DNA of 64,000 bases from Eledone cirrhosa. Lineage: Eukaryota. The position numbers were made by a program, and so were the translations under genes. The notes beneath the pieces were generated by a model. That model saw only the letters and a program-made list of their open reading frames with translations, ran no database searches and was not told where the DNA came from. Below, in pieces: positions 25,164 to 37,039 of the stretch. The stretch is from the NCBI GenBank assembly GCA_964016885.1, contig OZ024740.1, positions 367,722,001 to 367,786,000 of the forward strand. Reading direction: 5' to 3'. Each line of letters starts with the position of its first letter. Position 1 is the first letter of the stretch.

Positions 25164-25221
<58 letters not shown>

Positions 25222-25224
25222 GTG

Positions 25225-25265
<41 letters not shown>

Positions 25266-27009
25266 GCGCGCGAGCGCGTGTGTGTAGTAAGGTGCGCACT
25301 ATAAACTGAAGTGTATGATTTATAGGTTTTATAAGTTATAGGTTTTATTATGCAATTTACGTATGTATGTATATGTGTTACGCTCAGCATCTTGGTCCCG
25401 CTCGACTGCATGGAGAATACAATGCCCAATGAAGACGTGGTGCTCTCAACTGCGCGCTTCCAGCTCCGCTCAGATAGCCGTGTGCAGGGATGTGGTTCAG
25501 AGGTGGTGGGAGCTAGAATGCCGGAAGTTTCAGTTGATACATGCTCTACCACAAACTCATCAGAGAGCGGCTGATACTTTCATGAAATTTATATATAAAA
25601 ATGAAATATGCATATAAAAATTATAGTTTAAAATGTTTTATATACATTTTACCGGTGTGAATTGCACCATCCGTAGTTCACCTGAAATATGATTTGCCGT
25701 ATTTCATTTAATTTTCTTAGGTTGATACATATATACCAGTAACCAATTTACTTGCTATATATCTCTCTCTTATAAATACCTGGGTCTACCAACCCACTCA
25801 AAATTAATATGAAAATTCTCGACAAATAAAATTTATTTTCACAAGATACCATATTAGATTACATTCTTCTTAAGTCTTAATGGCTTCAAATACACAAATG
25901 TTTATGATGTGTCTGTCTACACAAGAAGCTGATTTTATTAGCTAGCACCACAATCACTATTCAGGACGTGCTAGTGACTGACTTCGGTATATGTCGATCA
26001 ACCAATTTTGTTTGAAATTATGAATTTTTTGAAACTATTATGAAACAACTCACTGGCACTATGCGTCACCAATAGCTGGTAACAGAGACAATGTTTCCTC
26101 TTCAATCATATTCAGTTGAGCTGCGTTAGGCTAAAATTAGACATAAACGTCATTCACGCTCAGATACATAAAAGATACTGCATTATTGATGACGGCTGCG
26201 ATGAGAAAAGGAAAAAAAAAAGAAAACATTATATCGAATTGGATAGGAAATAAGGAAAAAGAACAAAAATACATATAGTGAAAGGAAGGATGAAAAGAGA
26301 AGGAAAGTATTGCAACCTTCAAACGTTGTTAGATTTCAATTTTTCTTCCTAAGCCCATCTATTCAACATTAAAAGATGCCATATAAACATTCTGAGATTC
26401 TATCCTACTTTCTATACCCCACTCTTAATATATTCCGCTCTCTTCTAAATTCAACAAGGAATGAAAAAGGATACCATAAAGAGCGAAAATGAACAGTGGA
26501 AGTTGAAAAAAAAAGAAACTAAAAATATGAGAAATGGTGAAATTGTTCAGTGAAATGCTGTGTGGGTTGATCCATTATTTCAAAATTTCTGATTAGAATC
26601 TTTATTTATCCAAAGTAACAAAAGATATAATGTATTGAATTAAACCTGTTCTTGGCCTCTGATAATATCAAACCTTTTCAGTTAAGTAGAATCACAACTG
26701 AACTTATATGTAAGCAGACAGTGAAAAAAGAAACACGATATATCAATAGTGTTATCACAAATTTATTTCACTAAATGCATTCTATGTCCAATTCTCGTGC
26801 GTTGCGAAGGACGAAATGCCTCTATGCAAATATTTAAAACATGGTTTAAATTCTATGAATTTAATGAATTTAAATTCTATGAATTTAATATCTCTTCCTG
26901 AGATGAATAGATTTTCACCTATACAGTTTATGACGTTTTATTAGGAACAAGTTTACCCTTCATTGATATTGATCAGCTCTAACTACAAAATCAGTACTTC
27001 CGTTGCCAA

Positions 27010-27116
<107 letters not shown>

Positions 27117-27140
27117 TTATATATATATATATATATATAT

Positions 27141-29461
27141 ATTCACCTAGCTTATGCTAACAGAATAACTATGAAGCTTGTTCCCTTCCTTCTACGGTTA
27201 GCTATCCTCTTTGTTGTTATCTTGTTTCACTCGCCTTACGCGTTTTAATTGTCCTAATAACTTAATTTAGTTATTATTGCACCGACGTGAGGTATATGAT
27301 TTTTAATGCAATGAAATATCTATGATCGTCGGCAAATCACTGATGAGGGACTTATTTTATTACATGTTATCCATGTGCAACCAGCAGTATTCTTCTCCCC
27401 ATTTTTTCACATATATTTACCTACTGCGATTCTGTTTTTTTCTCTCTCTCTCTCTCTCTCTTACTGCTCCCTCGCTCTCTCTGTTTCTCCTACTTTCTTT
27501 CGCCCCCTCTGTCATGTCAGTTAACTCTTCCTCACACTTCCACTCACTCACTCACTGTTTCTTCTCTTCTCACTTCACCCCGTTCGCGACGAAATCATTT
27601 TCTCTCTTTCTCACATTTGAATTCGCTCCTGAAAGGTCTTTTTTCTAAGCGCTCATATATTCACCTAGCTTATGCTACAGAATAACTATGAAGCTTGTTC
27701 CCTTCCTTCTACGGTTAGCTATCCTCTTTGTTGTTATCTTGTTTCACTCGCTTTACGCGTTTTAATTGTCCTAATAACTTAATTTAGTTATTATTGCACC
27801 GACGTGAGGTATATGATTTTTAATGCAATGAAATATCTATGATCGTCGGCAAATCACTGATGAGGGACTTATTTTATTACATGTTATCCATGTGCAACCA
27901 GCAGTATTCTTCTCCCCATTTTTCACATATATTTACCTACTGCGATTCTGTTTTTTTCTCTCTCTCTCTCTCTCTTACTGCTCCCTCGCTCTCTCTGTTT
28001 CTCCTACTTTCTTTCGCCCCCTCTGTTATGTCAGTTAACTCTTCCTCACACTTCCACTCACTCACTCACTGTTTCTCCTCTTCTCACTTCACCCCGTTCG
28101 CGACGAAATCATTTTCTCTCTTTCTCACATTTGAATTCGCTCCTGAAAGGTCTTTTTTCTAAGCGCTCATATATTCACCTAGCTTATGCTAACAGAATAC
28201 CTATGAAGCTTGTTCCCTTCCTTCTACGGTTAGCTATCCTCTTTGTTGTTATCTTGTTTCACTCGCTTTACGCGTTTTAATTGTCCTAATAACTTAATTT
28301 AGTTATTATTGCACCGACATGAGGTATATGATTTTTAATGCAATGAAATATCTATGATCGTCGGCAAATCACTGATGAGGGACTTATTTTATTACATGTT
28401 ATCCATGTGCAACCAGCAGTATTCTTCTCCCCATTTTTCACATATATTTACCTACTGCGATTCTGTTTTTTTCTCTCTCTCTCTCTTACTGCTCCCTCGC
28501 TCTCTCTGTTTCTCCTACTTTCTTTCGCCCCCTCTGTCATGTCAGTTAACTCTTCCTCACACTTCCACTCACTCACTCACTGTTTCTCCTCTTCTCACTT
28601 CACCTCGTTCGCGACGAAATCATTTTCTCTCTTTCTCACATTTGAATTCGCTCCTGAAAGGTCTTTTTTCTAAGCGCTCATATATTCACCTAGCTTATGC
28701 TAACAGAATAACTATGAAGCTTGTTCCCTTCCTTCTACGGTTAGCTATCCTCTTTGTTGTTATCTTGTTTCACTCGCTTTACGCGTTTTAATTGTCCTAA
28801 TAACTTAATTTAGTTATTATTGCACCGACGTGAGGTATATGATTTTTAATGCAATGAAATATCTATGATCGTCGGCAAATCACTGATGAGGACTTATTTT
28901 ATTACATGTTATCCATGTGCAACCAGCAGTATTCTTCTCCCCATTTTTTCACATATATTTACCTACTGCGATTCTGTTTTTTCTCTCTCTCTCTCTCTCT
29001 TACTGCTCCCTCGCTCTCTCTGTTTCTCCTACTTTCTTTCGCCCCCTCTGTCATGTCAGTTAACTCTTCCTCACACTTCCACTCACTCACTCACTGTTTC
29101 TCCTCTTCTCACTTCACCCCGTTCGCGACGAAATCATTTTCTCTCTTTCTCACATTTGAATTCGCTCCTGAAAGGTCTTTTTTCTAAGCGCTCATATATT
29201 CACCTAGCTTATGCTAACATAATAACTATGAAGCTTGTTCCCTTCCTTCTACGGTTAGCTATCCTCTTTGTTGTTATCTTGTTTCACTCGCTTTACGCGT
29301 TTTAATTGTCATAATAACTTAATTTAGTTATTATTGCACCGACGTGAGGTATATGATTTTTAATGCAATGAAATATCTATGATCGTCGGCAAATCACTGA
29401 TGAGGGACTTATTTTATTACATGTTATCCATGTGCAACCAGCAGTATTCTTCTCCCCATTT

Positions 29462-29465
<4 letters not shown>
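27141..29465 (+). repeat. Tandem array of ~4.5 x 511-517 bp units in (TA)n; each unit carries a permuted hammerhead/K-turn motif
   Basis: Motif starts at 27282, 27799, 28314, 28825 and 29339. Units are nearly identical apart from (CT)n length and a few SNPs. Confidence 0.95.
27282..27351 (+). ncRNA. Candidate non-circularly permuted hammerhead ribozyme with kink-turn (representative copy)
   Basis: CCGACG-TGA-GGTAT-A/TGATTT-ttaatgcaat-GAAA-TATC-TAT-GAT-CGTCGG-c-AAATCA-CTGATGA-GGGAC. Stems I and III and the K-turn pair and covary with the 22-kb copies. Confidence 0.65.
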
Positions 29466-29541
<76 letters not shown>

Positions 29542-29542
29542 T

Positions 29543-29574
<32 letters not shown>

Positions 29575-30081
29575 TATATACATGGAAAAAATGAAATTTC
29601 ATTTCTCACTCTTAGTACGGCTGATAATTAAATATAAGTATGTAAAGGTACATACATATATGTATACATACGTACAGTAGTATGTATATTCATACATATA
29701 TGCCCACATATATATATATATGTACGTATGGGTTTAACGAACATTTATTATAATGCTCGGTTTGTTTGTAAACAAACAGCCCGAATTATTAGTCGTACAA
29801 TGTTCGGCAATCATCGTTGCCATTTTGTTCAACACTGACAAAGGAACGATGTACTAGTTTCTAGCTTATTTGCTGTCATCAGCACCGTATCCCTTCCTGT
29901 CAGTTGATTGGACGTTTGAAAGTATATACTTTCCTTATGCATATTAACGGCTGAGCAGCCTAATTTGCATATCGAGTGACTTAGTCGGCCGGGCGTACCG
30001 AAAACGATATATACGTACATATATATATATATATGTGTACATGTATGTATGTATATACATACTACTGTACGTATACATACT

Positions 30082-30152
<71 letters not shown>

Positions 30153-30516
30153 CATAAATATATCGACAGTTGCATACATAAATTTACATCTGTAATTGTA
30201 TACAAATATTATATACACAATAATTCCAACAACCAAATTCAGAATCAATATTGATGCCCGTGAGTTCAATGCCGTGATCTATACTGTAGTAGATGGCCAT
30301 ATGTAGGTGATTCCCAATTAGTGAAACACAATATGGGAATTGCGATTTAGTTGTATCTTATTAAATTTATATTATCTTTGTTATCGATATTTTTAATGAT
30401 TTCCTTGCTTCACATAGCAGTTACTTCAATCCTAATATGCGGCATAGTAGATCTATATTTGGTGAGTTCACTTATAATAGATACAATTTCTCAATTAATG
30501 TCTCAAATATAAGATA

Positions 30517-31232
30517 CTAGCATTAAAGCCCGGCGTTTGGTCGGGGTTAGTAAGTTACCAAAGTTAGGTTGCACCACCCATTTTATGGCAACACTTTTTG
30601 TCTGCCAGGCACTGGGTGAATGAATTGCATACCTTGAGTGCCGAAGCAGGAGCTGCGCCAGCAGTGGCAATTGTAGTTTCGCCTATGGATATTATCTCTG
30701 TGCAAAGAAATGTTGAACTTTATTGTTTCACAGTACTTGCGCAACACGCGCGTAGACGATGCCAGCCGAACAACAGAGCTGCGATGGAGTTGTTCTGCAT
30801 GGTTGTCTAATGTGTGTTTTCTAAATTTAAGACAGTAGTGAGGGGTGTGATATGGGGGAGAGCGAGCTGCTGTTTCTAGCAGGTTTAGTTACCTCATAGG
30901 GGATATGTTCTCTGAATTTACGACAGTAGGGAGTTGTGTGATATGGGGGAGAGTTAGTTGCTGTTTCTAGCAGGTTTAGTGATCTCATTGAGGATATTAT
31001 TGTGTATAGTAAATGAACTGATACTTCTTTCTTCCACGTTCGTTGATAGATGTATTAAAACAGATTTATCGCTATTTTTGTTGTTGAATACTTGTATCTG
31101 TTTCTTTTGAATAATTGTTGTTTCGTATGAAATGTAATAAGTTCTCTTTGTCATTGAAGTAAATAAATGTTTGACCGTTCCACACTCAAAAACAAACGTT
31201 CCCTCTCTCTCTCCCTCTCACTCTCTTTCTCG

Positions 31233-31277
<45 letters not shown>

Positions 31278-31851
31278 TCACTCTCTTAAAGTTTGTAAGT
31301 TTAATCATCATCATCATCATCATCATCATCATTATCTATTAAAGGCAGATTGTTGTTGTTGTGTGTGTGTGCATGTTCCATGTTTATACATTTGCACAAT
31401 TCCAAACCGATTCGACTCAACGTCTGTAAGAATGCTGTAAATGGTCTACCTTAAGTCAACGACTATTTATTTCATTCAAACTCACCCACAATTACGTAAA
31501 TAATCGATAAAACTAAATACATGACGCTTTACCCTTCTAATACATTCAGATTACCTCACTCTACTCCCCTTAAAATTCGATAAAACTACATGAATGCTGC
31601 AACTTTCTCTGATGAAATCTGAGAGAAGATATCTGAATGTATTAGAGGGGTAAAGCGTCATGTATTTAGTTTTATCGATTATTTCCGTAAATATGGGTGA
31701 GTTTGAATAGAATAAAGAGTCGTTGACCTAAATTCGACCATTTACAACATTCTTACAGACTTTGAGTCGAATCGGTTTGAAATTGTGCAAATGTATAAAC
31801 ATGGAACAGGCGCACACACACACACAACAACAACAACCTGCCTTTTATAGA
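30517..31851 (-). mobile_element. Probable non-autonomous Helitron
   Basis: Minus strand starts A|TCTATAAAAGGCAG plus (TTG)n(TG)n and ends with an imperfect hairpin CCCGaccaaacgcCGGG followed by CTAG|T. Internal ~92-bp tandem repeat at 30829-30998. Confidence 0.55.
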
Positions 31852-31858
31852 TAACGAT
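31328..31858. repeat. Inverted repeat, arms ~220 bp (31328-31551 / 31631-31858), 79-bp spacer
   Basis: Arms are reverse complements with scattered mismatches. Confidence 0.92.
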
Positions 31859-34143
31859 TCTTCTTTTAAATACATGAACGAGTTTTTTTGCCTATTCCTT
31901 TCTTTACACCAATCAAATAAGGAACATTTTACAATAGATTTTTTTTAGCAAGCTTCCTCTTTTTAGAATAAAGTTGCTTATTGATTCACCGAAATATCTA
32001 GGTTCAGTACATTGTCATATACTGTCATTGTCTGCTTAAAAAAACATAATATTTTACGACGTTCATTTGATTAGACTGTTGGGTCAGTTATTTTATTATG
32101 TGTATGATGTACATGGCTTTATTACTTTGACCATAAACACTATTGTTACTTTTAGTCGAAAGTTGGATGAAGAAAATTTGCACATTTTAGATGACTGTAT
32201 ATCGTAATTTTTAGGGTCAATTCTTTGAGTAAATCTTGTTAAGTATTTTCAGAAGCTATTTGCCTTCTCGCCATTTACCACGTAGATATTACAATATTGT
32301 TGTCTCTAAAATTCCCTTCTATGCCAATCGGAATTCTGTGATGATAAACTTTCCTTCTCAACCGGTGGTTGTCTTACATTTCTTATCAGGCACATAAAGA
32401 GGTGCAGAGAAATTTGTGTTGTTGGATGTTCATTCATTTTCATACTATTTACGAAAACGGATTTAGAGGGAGGGACACTGTGATAGGAATTGCAATTGCA
32501 ATTATCAATATTTTCAATCCCTGCTTTCTCAATCTTCCATTACTGCTCGTTTAATACCTTCTGCATTTTCATTTCATCCAATAAGTAACATTCTAATTTA
32601 ATTGTCCACCTCTAGGTGTTACAACCAAGAGATTCCTTTTCAAATAGATTTATGCCTAAATCTAGACTTTTTTACATTTTCCCTACTACAATATTTGGAA
32701 AATTTCATAGGCTCATGTTGTGTTTTTCTTTACACAAACTAACAATAACATTTTCCTTTGGAAGCTTCCATCATTAATGCAAACAAAATTCCCTAACCAA
32801 CGTATCTGCCACTTAATGACAATAGATCTAATTGTAAGGTATCAAATCTTTGTCAAACCTCTGTATTAGGTGTCTCCATTTAATACCTAGGCCCTACCGT
32901 GTGCACACTTTGTGGAATTTCTCACGCATTAGTGAGTTGGCCATGTTGCTTAACTATATAACACATCTGGAAGCTCGCATGTCTCATACAGTTATATTTA
33001 TACTTATCGTACGATCACACTCTTTTCACTAATTGTTCAAATGCAGTATATCCGCATCTAAACAGGATATCTGCATCTAAACAGTATATCTGCAGCTAAA
33101 CATTATATATGCATCTAAACTCCCGCAACCCGATAGACTACTACACAGATATATACACGTATCTACTACTTCCAGGCTAATCCCATTCAAATATATATTA
33201 AACACACCATAATGGGACCCTGGAGCTGGCGTCTATATAGTCTTCCTCTTAGATAAGCTCATAGTGATTCCGAAACATGCTTCAAGAGATTTATTCATAA
33301 AAAAAGGATCCGTGTATTAATAAGATCGGTAATACCACGTTTACTATGAAATAGTTCAAGGAAATTAGTATTAATAGAAAATCCAACGATCCTTTCCTAA
33401 TTTTTAACCCTAGGTTTCCGATACAAAACAGTGTGCAATAAAATTAACCCACAACTAGTTGTCATTCAATTGACAAAACGCATCTCTGAAAGTGCCGGTA
33501 TGCCAAATTACTATTGCTGCAGTACAGTAAGTACCAGCACATTTCTCCGTTATAGTTTGTCAACACTATTTAAATGTCTCCTGGCATTCCACTTTTTGGC
33601 AGATGAAATTCTGTTCTACATTTATGGAACCGTCCTTATTCTTAGTATAATAAACAGTTCTGTACGCAAATAATATTTAGTGCACCTTTTCTCCCAAGTT
33701 ATTGAGTAAGCGGTGTGCTTACGTAATAACTTGGGCTCGGCTAGAAAAGGTGCACCCAGTTGCCAGTATCTCAAAAGTAAACCATCTCTCATGAAGACAT
33801 GTCAACGATGTTAGAATGAGACTCTAACCACCATATATGCATATTTTAAATGTACACTCCTAGTTTATCTAAATAGAGCCCCATGCCTCCATCATCATAA
33901 CACTTTGTAGAAGTACAAAGCGTGTGGACCTATGCATGTGATGCTGCTCTTAAAAAGGTAGCCGATAAAGGATAAACACCTCCACAGGACCTGAAACACG
34001 ATGTCACGCACCGGCCATACAATATCTATGAATGTGAGGCATATATACATATATTCATACATACACAGACATTCACATACGCGCACAGAGAAACAGACAT
34101 GCTTGGTTATTTGCATAACTATATGGATAGAAATACATACATG

Positions 34144-34177
<34 letters not shown>

Positions 34178-34879
34178 CACGCACACGCACACACACACAC
34201 ACACACACACGCACCTCTATATGTGTGTGTACATCTATGTTTATATGTGTGTTTCTGTGCATACATTCAGAAAGCATATATTTAAACCTATTTCTATTTA
34301 CACTATGCCATATTAATTTTCTTATAGCTCCTTATTGATTTTTCTCTGTGGCTAGGTTCACAACTAAATCTGTGAAATGTTTTAGCGATCATTCGTGCAG
34401 AATTAATTTTGACTTACTATATTTTAAGACATTTCTGGCATAGAAAGTTTTTAGATCAGCATGTGTATCATTGAAGCGACGGCAAATTTGAGTTATGGGA
34501 TCCAACAGCTTACAAAATAATCTTCCCTTTCTCAAATATTCAGGATATCCAGCTGGTGTAGTGTACAGAACTACAAGAATTCCATCACAAATATAACTCT
34601 ATCCATCCCTCTCGCAAATTCTCTCTCTCTCTCTCTCACTCTATATGCAGACAGAAAGCGTGGGAGAAAGTGGGAGAAAGAGTGAAAGAAAGAGAGAAAG
34701 CGATAGATAGAGAGAAATAAAAATAGAAATAAAGAGATAGATAGAAATCAAGAGAGAAAGAGCGAGATAGAGAGAAAAAAGTGGAAATAGAGAGAAAGAG
34801 AGAGAGAGATAAAAGAGAGCGAGTGAAAGCTCAGGATTAACAGTTTGAAGTTTGTAAAATAATTATTTAGCAGAGGACT

Positions 34880-35063
34880 GGCTGTGGATTGGCAGTATCG
34901 GTAGAGGGTCAGACGCCATGATTTGCAGCACAGTTAGGTCCGTTTACGAACTGAGTTCAAATCCCGCGGAGGTTAACTTTGCCTTTCATCCTTACGGGGT
35001 CGATAAAATAAAGTACCAGTAATACACTGGTATAATTGATGGCCTTGTGCCAAAAGTAGAAAC
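34880..35063 (+). mobile_element. tRNA-derived SINE with 19-bp TSD
   Basis: AATTATTTAGCAGAGGACT (34861-34879) and AATTATTTATCAGAGGACT (35064-35082). Confidence 0.92.
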
Positions 35064-35281
35064 AATTATTTATCAGAGGACTTGATTCTTGGGGTAGTAG
35101 AGTATAAAAATATTAGAGAGCCGAGTCATCGACTCTCTCTCTATCTCTCTCTCGCCCTCTCTCTTATATATATATATAACATTAGAATTTTATTTCTCAA
35201 CGTAGCACAGCTGATACATAAAAGTTAGTATTCATCCGTTCACACACCCACGCACATACACACGCACACAGACACACACAG

Positions 35282-35331
<50 letters not shown>

Positions 35332-36512
35332 CTACGGAATGTTGTGAAGGCTTCTACATAACCCGGACACATTCTCCTAAGTTGTAGAAAACTTATAATG
35401 AAACAATTGTTTGGAAAAGGAGATATATTTTAATTATGTCTCATATAAAATACTACTACTGGCCTTCCGCAAAATACATATAGTTAGCACCCCAAACGTA
35501 AAATTGGGATTATACTAAGGTATATTCTAATGTTTGTTGAGTGAGATGGAAGCCAGTCAGAGTATATCTTAAGGCTTTCTCTGTTAATGTATTGAGTATA
35601 TATATATATACACATAATACAAACACACGCATACAAACTTATACACATATAGATTACTTTTCCCAAATATCATTTTATTATACACTGATAAATTATTCCT
35701 TCATTGAGCAAAACTGGTATTGTTTGGACTCCCTCACGTGTATGTCTATACTTTTGTATTAAATTATATACAGACAAATAGCCGGTTTCAAACATAGAAA
35801 TAAGATTGTAATTTTGACAAATACGTATGTTTGTATATGTTTGTAGGCATGTATAAATGTTAACCATAGTTGTCTGCATCTGTTAGCAGATTTAGATGAT
35901 TTGTTGACATGTCTATCTCTTTTGAGCACCATGTACGCTGTTATTTCTTGTTACTGGATTGCAAAAGTATATCTGTCAAAGAAAGAACTAATAGACCTGC
36001 CTGTGGTCCAGGTTGACTACTTTCCCTATCTATATTAATCTCACTTGGAAGCTCTCAGGCAACATAGTCATGCATGACTTATTAGTGATAAGCATGCAGC
36101 TTTACATCCAAGCATTCGTTTTGGTATGGCTATGGAATTTCTATAAATGTATGTATATGTATTTATGTATATATGTAGGTATGTATATATATATATATAT
36201 ATATGTATGTGTGCGCGTCTGTGTATGTATGTATAATATATGTTTGTAAGCATGTATGTATATATGTATGTTTATGTGGCTGCGTGTGTGTACGTGTGTG
36301 TGTGTGGAGATATGTATGTAATTGCTTGCGGGGATCGCGATGTTTTGAATAATATATACATCCATAATACGCAGTTATTATTTGCTAAATTTCTGGAATG
36401 TTTAATATATATTTAGACTTCCCTGAATGGACTGTACTTATAAGTTCTTAATTATGTACGTATATATGTATGTATATATGTATTATATTTTTGCATGTAT
36501 GTATAGAAATAA

Positions 36513-37004
36513 CCGGGCTGGATATCCGATCGTGCGGTTAAACCACTGGGGGTGAATGACCCCTAGTGTTTGTCAGGGCATTCTTCTAGGAGAAGGCAAC
36601 TCAGGAAACTGGGATAACTCCAACATAAAACCTGCGGCTCAGTAGTTACCGATGATGTTGATATTATCTTCCTTTCGGGTTATAGCTACTGGTGCTCAGA
36701 GAGTGGGATTGGCTCAGTGCACAGCTTTTCCTCACCTTCAACAAATCTTCACGCACAGGCATTGCACGATAGCATTGATTGATAATTATTAATAATTGTT
36801 TCTACTTTTGGCACAAGGCCAGTAATTACTGGTACTTTATTTTATCGACACCGTAAGGATGAAAGGCAAAGTCAACCTCGGCGGGATTTGAACTCAGATC
36901 GTAAAGAGACGTAACTATGCTGGCAAGCATGGCGTCCGACCCTCTACCGATACTGCCAATCCACCGCCCTTTATTAATAATGTTATATCGTGCAATGGCC
37001 ATAC
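36513..37004 (+). mobile_element. Second bipartite RTE derivative, interrupted by a SINE and truncated at (TATG)n
   Basis: ATGACCCCTA, TTCTAGGAGAAGG, GAGTGGGA and GCACAGGCATTGC are shared with 14755-15312. It resumes TATCGTGCAATGGCCATAC (RTE 3' end). Confidence 0.65.
36797..36969 (-). mobile_element. tRNA-derived SINE with TTATTAATAAT TSD
   Basis: A and B boxes, central domain, tail. TSD at 36786-36796 and 36971-36981. Confidence 0.9.
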
Positions 37005-37039
37005 ATGTATGTATGTATGTATGTATGTATGTATGTATG

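Noticed and set aside
27322-29305. Repeated 90-146 aa ORFs in the tandem array
   Set aside because: Frames shift with (CT)n length between units and the composition is pyrimidine-run derived, so they are non-coding.
27141-29465. CRISPR-like array or snoRNA cluster (CTGA/TGATGA boxes)
   Set aside because: Eukaryotic context with no unique spacers. The K-turn has box C/D-like strands in reverse order (D-like first) and no guide region; the hammerhead reading explains more positions.
31605-31630. CTGATGA in the inverted-repeat spacer
   Set aside because: No matching GAAA-stem III-UH.
33243-33290. CTCTT...CGAAACATG..AAGAG possible hammerhead relic; similar at 10436-10470
   Set aside because: The core is too decayed to support.
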